Source: an uncultured Bdellovibrionales bacterium
GTDB taxonomy: Bacteria > Myxococcota > XYA12-FULL-58-9 > JASMKV01
Assembly: GCA_964013445.1 (NCBI GenBank)
Contig: CAXGWX010000002.1
Location: 1-61,618, forward strand
Direction: 5' to 3'
DNA length: 61,618 nucleotides
In this document: positions 8,455-17,155 of the stretch, one piece after another
Position numbering within the stretch: the first letter of the stretch is position 1
How the letters are laid out: every line of letters starts with the position of its first letter
Made by a program: the position numbers and the translations under genes
Notes under the pieces: generated by a model
Seen by the model: the letters and a program-made list of their open reading frames with translations, nothing else
What the model was told of the DNA's origin: nothing
Database searches by the model: none

Positions 8455-9666
8455 TTAGTCACGATATTTCAAGTAGTGGACAATAATGTCTTCGGCAATT
8501 TGTTCCATGCTCAAATTGCGAGAGTGGGCAAGTGCTTCCAGGGTCTGCATGTCTTTGCCTTCAAGGTGCAAGAGTAGTCCCTCCTTTGTTTTCTCTTCAT
8601 CGATGAGTTTTGGTTGGACATCAATCAGATTTGAGTCTGTCTCGTCGTCTTCCTTTTTAAGCATGGGATTTTCAATGTTAACGGAAAGCTCAGAAAGGTC
8701 AGATGTTTCCTGGCCCAGCTGGGCTCGTTTGGCTTGCTCGGCGGCGAGTTCGTCCTTGAAGAGTTGCTTCATAAAATTGCTTAGGTGAATATTAGACGGC
8801 ATGAATTCATGCTCCGCCAGAAAGGTGTCGATATCCAGCTGCATATCAGCTGCCGATTGGTAGCGGTCCTTTGGATTTTTTTCCAGCGCCTTCATGAGAA
8901 TAGTTTCTGCTTCATCGGGAATATTGTCACGGAAGTAGCTTGGTGGATAAATTTTTCCTTCAATAATGTTGTTCATGATTGCCAAATCGTTGTCGCCGGA
9001 AAAGAGCTTAAACCCGGAAAGCCATTCATAAAGGACAACGCCTAAAGAAAAGATATCCGAGCGTCTGTCGACAGTTTTACCGAGAACTTGCTCTGGCGAC
9101 ATACAGCTCACCTTGCCTTTAATCTGCCCAGCTTTCGTTTCATGGATTTGGGTGGCGGCTTTGGCGATACCAAAATCAAGAATTTTAACCGTTCCGGTCC
9201 AGGCGACCCGAATGTTCTCAGGAGATACGTCTCTGTGGACAATATTCAAAGGCGCTCCCATTTGATCGGCTTTGGTGTGCGCATAATAGAGGGCCTCGCA
9301 GACGTGGCCGGCAATTTTGAAGGCGTATTCTAGGGGAAAAGGAATGCCGGTTAATTTGCTCTTGGGAATAACGGACGACATATCCCGGCCGGGGATGTAT
9401 TCCATGGCGATAAAGAAAGAATCCTTAATTTTTCCAAGGTCATAAATTTGCACGATGCTTGGGTGATTGAGTTGGGCAGCAAGCTTGGCTTCGCCGAGAA
9501 ACATGTTGACGAACTCGGGAGATTCGCTCAAATGTGAACGAATTCGTTTGATGACGATTTCTTTTTCGAACCCCTCGACACCCGTATGACGAGCGAGAAA
9601 GACTTCTGCCATGCCACCAACGCCAATTTTGTCAATCAGCAAGTATCTACCAAATTTTTCAGACAT
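8455..9666 (-). CDS. Hanks-type Ser/Thr protein kinase with a C-terminal RHH-like tail
   Basis: G-loop GVGGMAEV, VIKR lysine, catalytic loop HRDVSPEN, DFG, and SPE. No TM segment. The ORF-track start 9744 is GTG; ATG 9666 (MSEKFGRYLL...) gives a typical kinase N-terminus. Confidence 0.9.
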   Translation of the reverse strand: MSEKFGRYLLIDKIGVGGMAEVFLARHTGVEGFEKEIVIKRIRSHLSESPEFVNMFLGEAKLAAQLNHPSIVQIYDLGKIKDSFFIAMEYIPGRDMSSVIPKSKLTGIPFPLEYAFKIAGHVCEALYYAHTKADQMGAPLNIVHRDVSPENIRVAWTGTVKILDFGIAKAATQIHETKAGQIKGKVSCMSPEQVLGKTVDRRSDIFSLGVVLYEWLSGFKLFSGDNDLAIMNNIIEGKIYPPSYFRDNIPDEAETILMKALEKNPKDRYQSAADMQLDIDTFLAEHEFMPSNIHLSNFMKQLFKDELAAEQAKRAQLGQETSDLSELSVNIENPMLKKEDDETDSNLIDVQPKLIDEEKTKEGLLLHLEGKDMQTLEALAHSRNLSMEQIAEDIIVHYLKYRD

Positions 9667-9820
9667 ATTACTTCTGCTAGAGCTTAAGAGAGGCGAGTGG
9701 GCTGGGTCAACCACAAGGTAAAAAATATTCAATATTATCGACACTTATCAAGATCAGGGGTGGGGAATAGTTGATTTTTAGGCTTTACGAACTCTTTGGT
9801 GGCCTGATAAGGGCTGCAGC

Positions 9821-11356
9821 ATGAATCGGCAGAAGCCAAAAGCAGCGTCAGAGCAGGGCCAAAAGGTATTCGTGGAGACCTATGGTTGTCAGATGAATGT
9901 ACTGGATTCAGAACTTGTTCAGGGGCAGCTTGCAACCCAGGGCTATGAGTTCGTTAATGACTCCGATGCGGCAGATGTGGTTTTACTCAATACCTGTTCC
10001 GTGCGCGAGCTGTCAGAGCATAAGGTTTGGTCTCGCTTGGGCAGGCTTGGCAAGGAGCGTCGTGACAAGGGTAAAGATCCTATTGTTGGCGTACTCGGTT
10101 GTATGGCGGAGCGTGAGGGCAAGGAAATTGTTCGTCGGATGCCGCATGTGGATATTGTCTGCGGGCCATCTTTGCTGGACCAGTTGCCTATGCTTCTCAA
10201 CAATATTCGGCAAAACCGACAAGCCCAATACGCCTTGGCCGGAACCAATACGCGAAGAAGTTCGACGCTGGAGGCGGCTATGGACGGGGTTGAAACCCTC
10301 GACCTCTCGAGAGCCTTTTCACCCTATGAAGCGAAAGCACAGGCCTATGTACGTATCACACGCGGTTGTAATAAGTTCTGCTCTTTCTGCGTTGTTCCAT
10401 ATACCCGAGGGCCTGAGGTTCATAGAACACCGGACGCGATTCTTGAAGAGGTTAAGCGTTTGGTTGGTTATGGGGTGAAAGAGGTTACGCTTTTGGGGCA
10501 AACCGTAAATCACTATGAACACGTTGATGGCAGCGGGCGTACAAGTTTTGCGGATTTATTGTGGCTTTTACATGAGCAAGTTCCGGACTTGCCCCGTCTA
10601 CGGTTTATTACATCGTACCCGCGTGATTTTGGCGATGATGCGTTAGATGTTATGGCAGCGGCGCCACGCATTTGTCGCTATCTGCACATTCCGGCTCAAA
10701 GCGGTTCGAATACCATGCTCAAGGCAATGAATAGGGGCTATACGGTTGAAGAGTATATGGGCCTGCTTGAAAGAGCTCGGGCACGCATGCCGGATATACG
10801 ACTGGCGGGGGATATGATTGTTGGTTATCCCAACGAAAGTGCTGCTGATCATCAGGCATCTATCCGCATGTTGGAAGAGGCGCGTTATAAGAGTTGTTTT
10901 ATCTTTAAGTATTCTCCGCGGCCGGGAACTGTTTCCGAGCGTCGGCTTGAGGATAATGTGCCCGAAGAGGTTAAGCGTGAGCGTAATCAGGAACTCCTGG
11001 AAGTCCAGGCGCGGATGAGCCTCTTGAATAATGAAAGCCGCATTGGCCAGGTTGTCGAGGTTTTGGTGGAAGGCAAAAGTAAGCTGAAGAACTCTCCACA
11101 GCCGACAGGCGAAGTCAGGCTTGGGTGGCAAACGAATAAGTCAGCGCCTAATGAAAATTTATTACAGTTGAGTGGTCGCACCGCCGGAGATGAAATTGTT
11201 GCCCTGCAAGGACCGGAGTCCTTGATTGGGGAAATCGTTTCCGTGAAGGTTGAAAAAGCGACGCCGCTAACTTTACAGGGCAAGCTTGCATCAGACTATT
11301 CCGCACTACCTCTTCAAGGTGAGGGTGCAATTGAAAGCAGTGCTTTGAGATCTTGA
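9821..11356 (+). CDS. miaB: tRNA-i6A37 methylthiotransferase MiaB
   Basis: ETYGCQMN MTTase N-domain, radical-SAM CNKFCSFC, and C-terminal TRAM (GQVVEVLVEG). Confidence 0.9.
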   Translation: MNRQKPKAASEQGQKVFVETYGCQMNVLDSELVQGQLATQGYEFVNDSDAADVVLLNTCSVRELSEHKVWSRLGRLGKERRDKGKDPIVGVLGCMAEREGKEIVRRMPHVDIVCGPSLLDQLPMLLNNIRQNRQAQYALAGTNTRRSSTLEAAMDGVETLDLSRAFSPYEAKAQAYVRITRGCNKFCSFCVVPYTRGPEVHRTPDAILEEVKRLVGYGVKEVTLLGQTVNHYEHVDGSGRTSFADLLWLLHEQVPDLPRLRFITSYPRDFGDDALDVMAAAPRICRYLHIPAQSGSNTMLKAMNRGYTVEEYMGLLERARARMPDIRLAGDMIVGYPNESAADHQASIRMLEEARYKSCFIFKYSPRPGTVSERRLEDNVPEEVKRERNQELLEVQARMSLLNNESRIGQVVEVLVEGKSKLKNSPQPTGEVRLGWQTNKSAPNENLLQLSGRTAGDEIVALQGPESLIGEIVSVKVEKATPLTLQGKLASDYSALPLQGEGAIESSALRS

Positions 11357-12864
11357 TCGTTAAAACGAATCACACCACCTAAAAACCAGGTTCTTAAGTT
11401 TTGATTAAAGGGGTCATCGAGCCCGCCCTGGAGATAAAGGTGATTTGCCAGCTCGAACATCGCAGCTGCACGGAATCTTGGATTGATTGACTTGTTGTCG
11501 TCAGGATCGCGGCGGTCGAAGTCAAAAACGTCCAAGCGAAGTTCAAGGTTGTCCTCAAAGACATGAACATTTGTGCCCAGCCCACCGGTGTTTTCAATGA
11601 TTCCGAAGCGCAAGGTTAAGAACGAGTAGCGCTTTGCAAACTGAGCGGAAAACTTAAGCTCATTAAAAGAGATTTCACTGGTTTCAAGCTTTGTTGTTTC
11701 CCCATTTTGCGTCGTTGTAGTGATGGTTCTGCTTCCTCTTCCGCGCGGGTCTGCGACCGCCTCGAGCAAGTAGTACTTATCTGGCTTTGGAATGATGCGC
11801 ACACCGATGGTGTTCTTGATGGCAGATTGTATTTCTTCATTCTCTTCATCAAAAGGGACCCCATATTCAGAACGCAGCTCTACCTCCGTTTGTAGTTTCG
11901 ACAAACTGCCGATGAGCTCACTGGCGTCATCGAGGGTTTCTTCTACTTTTTCTGCCAAGCGGGGATCGTTGATCAGCTGTCCGAGTGTCCCTGAGCCCGT
12001 ATTGATTTTTCTCGATATGCCGGTCAGATGCACGAGAGACTCATTCAGGTTTTCGATGGATTGTCGCAGAGCACCGCGTTCCTCATGAGCCACATCTGCG
12101 ACCAGCATATCGTTGACGTTCACTGTGATGCTTTCCAGCTTAGAGGATATATTGGCCATATGCTCCAAGAGCCGGGTTAGGTTGCCATGGGGAGCGCCGG
12201 AGGCCGCAATGCTTTGGGAAAAATCTGCCAGATTGTCGACAATGCGGTCAACCGCTTCATCATTACGGGAAAGGGTTCCGGCCAGCACACCGGTTGTTTT
12301 TTCAATGGCCTCCATTGACGTTTCAACCCGCTCTAAAATTGCTTTGAGTGAGCCTTCTCCTTCCGGCCCGGCCAAAACTTTTGAAAAGTTTTCAGTGATG
12401 TCATCCACATTGCCGACAACATCTTTGAGCCGTCCCTGAATCTCATCAATATCAGAGGTACTTTGTACTTTGCCGATGACGCCTCCTGCGACAAGCTTCG
12501 GATGGCTCGGATCACCCGGATCAAGATCAAGGCGAAAGTCGCCGAGTAAAGATTCCGCGGCTTTCCTGATAGAGGCGTTCTCATAGATGGAAAAGTCATT
12601 CAGAAGTCGCATTTCTACCCGCCCAATCAATCGTCCTTGAGCGGTTTTCACATGTTTGACATTGACTATTTTGCCGACGTCGATGCCATTAATTTGTATT
12701 CTGGTTTTCCAGCGGATGCCGCTGGCATCATGAAAATCAGCGTAGAGGTGATAGGTGCTCTCGTCACCATACTTGTCCTTTGTGGTAAAAAGGATAAATG
12801 TAGTCAGGGCAATGGTTGAAAAAATAAGGACTGTTCCAACCAGTATGGCAGCACGAGCGTTCAT
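11314..12864 (-). CDS. MCE/MlaD-family substrate-binding protein with long helical and beta-rich C-terminal extensions
   Basis: N-terminal TM helix, an MCE domain (YHLYADFHDASGIRWKTRIQINGIDVGKI), and about 180 aa of helical region. The C-terminal 190 aa have an alternating beta-strand pattern. The start overlaps the ATPase stop by 4 nt. Confidence 0.8.
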   Translation of the reverse strand: MNARAAILVGTVLIFSTIALTTFILFTTKDKYGDESTYHLYADFHDASGIRWKTRIQINGIDVGKIVNVKHVKTAQGRLIGRVEMRLLNDFSIYENASIRKAAESLLGDFRLDLDPGDPSHPKLVAGGVIGKVQSTSDIDEIQGRLKDVVGNVDDITENFSKVLAGPEGEGSLKAILERVETSMEAIEKTTGVLAGTLSRNDEAVDRIVDNLADFSQSIAASGAPHGNLTRLLEHMANISSKLESITVNVNDMLVADVAHEERGALRQSIENLNESLVHLTGISRKINTGSGTLGQLINDPRLAEKVEETLDDASELIGSLSKLQTEVELRSEYGVPFDEENEEIQSAIKNTIGVRIIPKPDKYYLLEAVADPRGRGSRTITTTTQNGETTKLETSEISFNELKFSAQFAKRYSFLTLRFGIIENTGGLGTNVHVFEDNLELRLDVFDFDRRDPDDNKSINPRFRAAAMFELANHLYLQGGLDDPFNQNLRTWFLGGVIRFNDQDLKALLSIAPSP

Positions 12865-13595
12865 TGTTTTTTAAACCACGTCCCCAGGAATTCCTGGACA
12901 AAAGGGTGCGTTGAATTTTTGATCTCTGCAGCTTTGCAATCCTCGACAATGGTGCCTTGATGAATAACCGCAATATCATCGGCGACGTTCAAGGCGCTTC
13001 CTACATCGTGAGAAATGACTACGCTGGTTACATTCAGACGAGAACTGGCATCTAAGATCATGCGGTCCACATCGTCGGTTGTCAGTGGATCTAAACCGGT
13101 TGTTGGTTCATCATAAAGAACACATTGGGGCTGTAAAATTATTGCCCGTGCAAGTCCCACCCGTTTGCGCATACCGCCTGAGAGTTCCGAGGGAAATTTG
13201 TCCTCGATGCCTTCAAGTGAAACAACCTCAAGCGCTTGGGCAACCTTGGAGCTTATTTCCTCGTCGGAATAATTGCCGTGTTCTTCCAGGGGAAAAGCTA
13301 TATTTTGTCCAACGGTCATGGAGTCGAAGAGCGCCGCTTGTTGAAAGACCATGCCGAACTTTTTTCGGATATCGAGCATGCGCTTCGGGTTGATACCAAC
13401 AATATTTTCCCCATCCACTTTGATTTCGCCCGAGTCTGGTTGCAGGAGTCCAATAATATTTTTCAGCAAAACCGTCTTGCCTGAGCCGGATGGGCCAAGA
13501 ATCACCCTTGTTTTACCCCGCTCGACGTTCAGAGAGACGTTTTTGAGCACCGGCTGCTGAGCAAAACTCTTGGAAATGTTGTTTATTTGGATCAC
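12861..13595 (-). CDS. mlaF: ABC transporter ATP-binding protein, MlaF-like
   Basis: Walker A GPSGSGKT, signature LSGGMRKR, and Walker B VLYDEPT. GTG start. Confidence 0.85.
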   Translation of the reverse strand: MIQINNISKSFAQQPVLKNVSLNVERGKTRVILGPSGSGKTVLLKNIIGLLQPDSGEIKVDGENIVGINPKRMLDIRKKFGMVFQQAALFDSMTVGQNIAFPLEEHGNYSDEEISSKVAQALEVVSLEGIEDKFPSELSGGMRKRVGLARAIILQPQCVLYDEPTTGLDPLTTDDVDRMILDASSRLNVTSVVISHDVGSALNVADDIAVIHQGTIVEDCKAAEIKNSTHPFVQEFLGTWFKKQ

Positions 13596-13653
13596 GGTTT
13601 TCTGAGTATAGCGCCAAAGGGCTCAGGGAAAAATATTCGGACAAAATTTTCCC

Positions 13654-14460
13654 TTAACCTTCAAAAACAAGCAGAATTGCGGTGAGAACGTAGTCGAGTA
13701 CGAAAATCGAGATAGAGCCGATAACCACTGCTTGGGTGGTGGCCAGTCCTACGCCGCGGGCGCCACCTTTGGCGTGAAAACCTTTAAAGCAGCCCACGAC
13801 GGCAATTAAGACGCCAAAAATAAAGGCCTTTTTTATTCCATGGGTAAAGTCAAAGGGATCGAGAAACCACTCGATACGGGAAAGAAAGGCACCCTCATCA
13901 ATACCTAAGGCGCCGACCGCCACCGTATAGGCACCGATGCCGGATACCACATCAAAAATGACGGTTAAGGCGGGTACCATAATGGCGCAGGCAAAGATGC
14001 GTGGAGCCACAAGATAGCCGATCGGGTCAACCGCCATAACCTCCATGGCGTCGATTTGTTCACTGACCCGCATCGTTCCCAACTCTGTGGCCATGGCTGA
14101 GCCAACTCGCCCCGTGACCATGAGGGCGGTGAGGACAGGGGCCAATTCCCGTGAGACTGCGAGCATGACCGTCGAGCCCACCATGCTTTCCATGCCGACC
14201 TGCTCAAGAGCGGATACGGTTTGTAGGGTGAACACAGCCCCGGTAAAAACCCCAGTTAGAAGAATGATAAAAAGCGAACCGACTCCGACGAATTCAGCTT
14301 GAGCGAGAAATTGTTCGACTCTCCACGGCGGGGTAAAGGCCGCGCGTAGGGCTTGCATAAAAAAGCCAAGCATTTGTCCCGTGTCTTCTACTGTTCGCAG
14401 GACAAAATTGCCGCTGACCTGGGCAAAGCGAATAGGTTGCTGAACGATTTTTGTGCTCAT
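13654..14460 (-). CDS. mlaE: ABC transporter permease, MlaE-like
   Basis: 268 aa, multi-TM. The conserved MlaE-type segment is SRELAPVLTALMVTGRVGSAMATELGTMRVSEQIDA. It overlaps the alr stop by 4 nt. Confidence 0.85.
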   Translation of the reverse strand: MSTKIVQQPIRFAQVSGNFVLRTVEDTGQMLGFFMQALRAAFTPPWRVEQFLAQAEFVGVGSLFIILLTGVFTGAVFTLQTVSALEQVGMESMVGSTVMLAVSRELAPVLTALMVTGRVGSAMATELGTMRVSEQIDAMEVMAVDPIGYLVAPRIFACAIMVPALTVIFDVVSGIGAYTVAVGALGIDEGAFLSRIEWFLDPFDFTHGIKKAFIFGVLIAVVGCFKGFHAKGGARGVGLATTQAVVIGSISIFVLDYVLTAILLVFEG

Positions 14461-15575
14461 GGGGACAGGCTTTCATCATAGGTGCGTTTAACGCGGGCAG
14501 ATATGCCGCAAAGAATTTCATAAGGGATGGTTTCTGCCCATTGGGCCAGTTGCCAGGGGCTTAATTCGTCTTGCCCCTGCTTACCCATAAGCACAACTTC
14601 TGACTCTAAGGATGTTGTCGGAAGATGTGTGACGTCTACCAGGGTATGATCCATGCAGACTTTACCGATCACTGGCGCCCGCGCTCCGTCAATCAAAACT
14701 TCTGCCCGGTTGGAGAATTCACGTCGGTAGCCGTCAGCGTAGCCGACGGGCAAAACAGCCAATGTTGTTTCTTGCTCAGATTGCCAGGTTCCGCCATAGC
14801 TTACGGGCGTATGTGCTGGGATGGTTTTGATATGCAATGGGCTTGTTCGCCAAAGGGTGGCGGGTTGGATGTCGATTGGCGGTTTTTGGGGGCCTAAAGG
14901 ATTGATCCCGTAAAGAGCGAGTCCTGGGCGCAGCATTGTTTGTTCAGGAATATTCAGATCAAGGGTGGCCGCACTGTTTGAGCAGTGAATGATTTCAGGT
15001 TTGAATTCACTTTTTGTGATTTCTTGCAGGGCTTGCTGAAAACGCTCTATTTGTTTTTGGCTATAAGCCATGTCGCCAAGGTCCGCATTGGCAAAATGTG
15101 TTAAAACGCCTTGCATATTCAGATTGGGAAAAGAAGCCAATTTTTCTAAAGCACTGGAAAGATCTTCAAGGGCCACCCCAAGTCGGGACATTCCCGTGTC
15201 GACTTTAAGATGGTAGTTCAGGGATTTACCCTGGGCGGCGTTGGCCAGCATTTCTATTTGAGTCGTGTTGGAGATGCAGGGCACCAGTTGATGATCAATG
15301 ATATAGCCATAGGAGTCGGTTGGTGCCGGGCCGAGGACCAGGATCGGACTTTGGATGCCAGCCTCTCGTAAGAGCACGCCTTCTTCGCAGAGGGCGACGG
15401 CCAGGTACGCGGGATTTTCCAGGGTAAGAGCTTGGGCAACTTCAATAAGTCCATGGCCATAAGCGTTTGCTTTGATCACCGGACAAAGATTAGCGCCTCC
15501 ATGTTTGGCGAGGGCTCGATAATTTGCCCGCAGGCGCTCAAGAGAAATATTGAGGGTCGTTTGGCGCAGGGACAT
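14457..15575 (-). CDS. alr: Alanine racemase
   Basis: PLP-lysine motif CPVIKANAYGHG, plus the VSYGG, GYADGY and VCMD motifs. 372 aa. Confidence 0.9.
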   Translation of the reverse strand: MSLRQTTLNISLERLRANYRALAKHGGANLCPVIKANAYGHGLIEVAQALTLENPAYLAVALCEEGVLLREAGIQSPILVLGPAPTDSYGYIIDHQLVPCISNTTQIEMLANAAQGKSLNYHLKVDTGMSRLGVALEDLSSALEKLASFPNLNMQGVLTHFANADLGDMAYSQKQIERFQQALQEITKSEFKPEIIHCSNSAATLDLNIPEQTMLRPGLALYGINPLGPQKPPIDIQPATLWRTSPLHIKTIPAHTPVSYGGTWQSEQETTLAVLPVGYADGYRREFSNRAEVLIDGARAPVIGKVCMDHTLVDVTHLPTTSLESEVVLMGKQGQDELSPWQLAQWAETIPYEILCGISARVKRTYDESLSP

Positions 15576-15658
15576 GGTGCTCTATTCATCCCTGAGCCAG
15601 CCATGAAGTCAAGTTTTGCGCTTGATTTAGTCCTATATATGCAGCCCGAAGCTACCCA

Positions 15659-16927
15659 TTATGGGAATGAGGAACCGCCGCTTGCACTACAGACTCCGAT
15701 AAACTGACCGGTGCACATCATTGAAGAGATGGCATCACAAGTTGTACCTGATGGGCAGGTTGGCGCGACCAGCTCTAACATAATGTCACAGGTTTGCTGA
15801 CAGCTCATTGAGCAGTCTCCGCCGCTCATGCATTCCACGCAATTGGTTTGGCTACAAATCGTTCCACCAGGGCAATCACTGTTGCTTGTACAAGAATCAC
15901 CGGCATTACCGATGGTTTGGTCGGAGCAGCTATGAGAGCTGTCACAGCGACAGCTTGCTGCGCCACCACATTGGCCGGCACAGTCTCCATCGTCTCGACA
16001 ACCGCTTTGGCACGAGCCTGTGAAGAGTTCGCAGTATTGTCCTGCAGGACATTGGCTATCCTGCGTACAGTCTGCCGTACCGTCAGGAAAGCAAGCCGCT
16101 GGGTTTTGACTGGTGTTACAGGAGTAACCTGCGGCGCAGTTACCGCTTGCATCGCAAGGCTCCGGATTAACACAGTATCCGCCCTCACAGACCAGGCTAT
16201 AAGGTGTACAGTTGTCTTGTGAGCTACAGGCAGTAGCGGGCTGGCAGGTACCGTTGGCACAGTAGTTACCACTTGAACAATCGCTGGCGCTGGAACAGCT
16301 GGTTGTTTCAGGCTGGCAGGCACCATTATTACAGGTACAGCCACCGCCCTGACATCCGCTTACGCTGTTACAATCCGCATCGATGCTACAACCGCCAAGA
16401 TTAACATTATTTGGATCAATACAGGTGTTATCCGTGTTGCACACCCAGCCTGCAGGACATTGCTCGTTGAAATAGCAGTTTGCAGGTGGCGCGGTACAGG
16501 CACGGGCCTGTTGATTACATACTTCGCCAGGAGGGCAGTCGTCCGAGTTGTTGGCAGGATCGCACTCTATGTTTGTATAGCAGCGACCGCTGATGCATTG
16601 TTGGCCGATAACACCACAGGCTTCGTCAGAGTCACAGGGGGAAGAGCACTGACCTGTTGTACCGGCAGTCCAAGGACTGGCGCTTGGATATTGGCAATAT
16701 TCGTTAGCGCCACAGTCGTTGTCCGAGCCGCATGAAGATGAAACACAAGCACCGTCAACACAAGAGCCGCTGCCACAATCGGTGTCGGCGCTGCATGTGG
16801 TGTTGAGTGTTTGGGTTGGTTCGTTTGTATCGTTGGCTTTGCCTTGGCCCGCGCGACGACCGCCGCAAGCGCTAAGTGTAATGGCCAATGCCAAAATCGT
16901 CATATATTTCAAAGTACGTTCCACCAT
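15659..16927 (-). CDS. Cysteine-rich repeat lipoprotein (61 Cys in 422 aa)
   Basis: Signal peptide plus lipobox LSAC-G. It is followed by about 14 tandem units of the form C-x(4-6)-[DN]-C-x(2-4)-G-x(1-3)-C-x(3-9)-C. SD GGGGGA lies 7 nt upstream of the ATG. Confidence 0.7.
   Translation of the reverse strand: MVERTLKYMTILALAITLSACGGRRAGQGKANDTNEPTQTLNTTCSADTDCGSGSCVDGACVSSSCGSDNDCGANEYCQYPSASPWTAGTTGQCSSPCDSDEACGVIGQQCISGRCYTNIECDPANNSDDCPPGEVCNQQARACTAPPANCYFNEQCPAGWVCNTDNTCIDPNNVNLGGCSIDADCNSVSGCQGGGCTCNNGACQPETTSCSSASDCSSGNYCANGTCQPATACSSQDNCTPYSLVCEGGYCVNPEPCDASGNCAAGYSCNTSQNPAACFPDGTADCTQDSQCPAGQYCELFTGSCQSGCRDDGDCAGQCGGAASCRCDSSHSCSDQTIGNAGDSCTSNSDCPGGTICSQTNCVECMSGGDCSMSCQQTCDIMLELVAPTCPSGTTCDAISSMMCTGQFIGVCSASGGSSFP
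15683..16795 (-). repeat. Intragenic tandem array of degenerate 4-Cys coding units inside the lipoprotein gene
   Basis: Read from the translation: CSADTDCGSGSCVDGAC / CGSDNDCGANEYC...C / CDSDEACGVIGQQCISGRC / ... / CTSNSDCPGGTICSQTNC. Units are 20-32 aa and are conserved mainly at Cys, D/N and G. Confidence 0.6.
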
Positions 16928-17023
16928 AAAGAAATCCCCCGCTTGTACACATTCTTGCTTTTACAAAAACGCGTAATATTAAGCTTTTAGATGCCAGCAT
17001 TTACCATTATCGTCGTGATTGAA

Positions 17024-17078
17024 CCGGACGTTGCGTGCAATTGGGAGGGCTGTTGAGCCAATTGATCTTGCGTTCCGG
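17024..17078. repeat. Nested inverted repeat with embedded direct repeat in the comF/Cys-rich-gene intergenic region
   Basis: CCGGA(17024-28) cg TTGCGT g CAATTGG(17038-44) 13-nt loop CCAATTG(17058-64) atc TTGCGT TCCGG(17074-78). The element lies about 100-150 nt upstream of the Cys-rich gene start. No T-run follows on either strand. Confidence 0.5.
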
Positions 17079-17155
17079 AATGGTCTTTCCTGCGGCGCGA
17101 AATTAGCCCCTAGAGAGTTGATTTGTCAAAGGAATTCTCAAAAAAGATGGATCCT

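Noticed and set aside
10703-10711. tRNA T-loop-like GGTTCGAAT
   Set aside because: It lies inside the miaB coding frame and no acceptor, D or anticodon stems can be built around it. No tRNA-like cloverleaf was seen anywhere in the window.
9897-11131. Long alternative-frame and antisense ORFs inside miaB (9897..10478 plus strand, 193 aa; 10643..11131 minus strand, 162 aa)
   Set aside because: They fully overlap a gene with unmistakable MiaB motifs. Their translations are low-complexity (R/S/L/C-rich) with no recognisable motif and no SD, so they are most simply shadow ORFs.
13626-13653. Hairpin GGGAAAA-N14-TTTTCCC right after the mlaE stop
   Set aside because: The stem is AT-rich and weak with a large loop. 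It sits inside an operon whose downstream gene starts 58 nt later, so it is unlikely to be a terminator. I have no basis for another function.
15826-16735. Several 90-170-aa ORFs in other frames or strands across the Cys-rich lipoprotein gene (15826..16344, 15848..16222, 16460..16735, 16567..16776)
   Set aside because: The repetitive TGY/GGN/GCN-rich coding sequence suppresses stop codons in several frames. Only the 15659..16927 frame has a signal peptide, a lipobox, an SD and a periodic Cys pattern.
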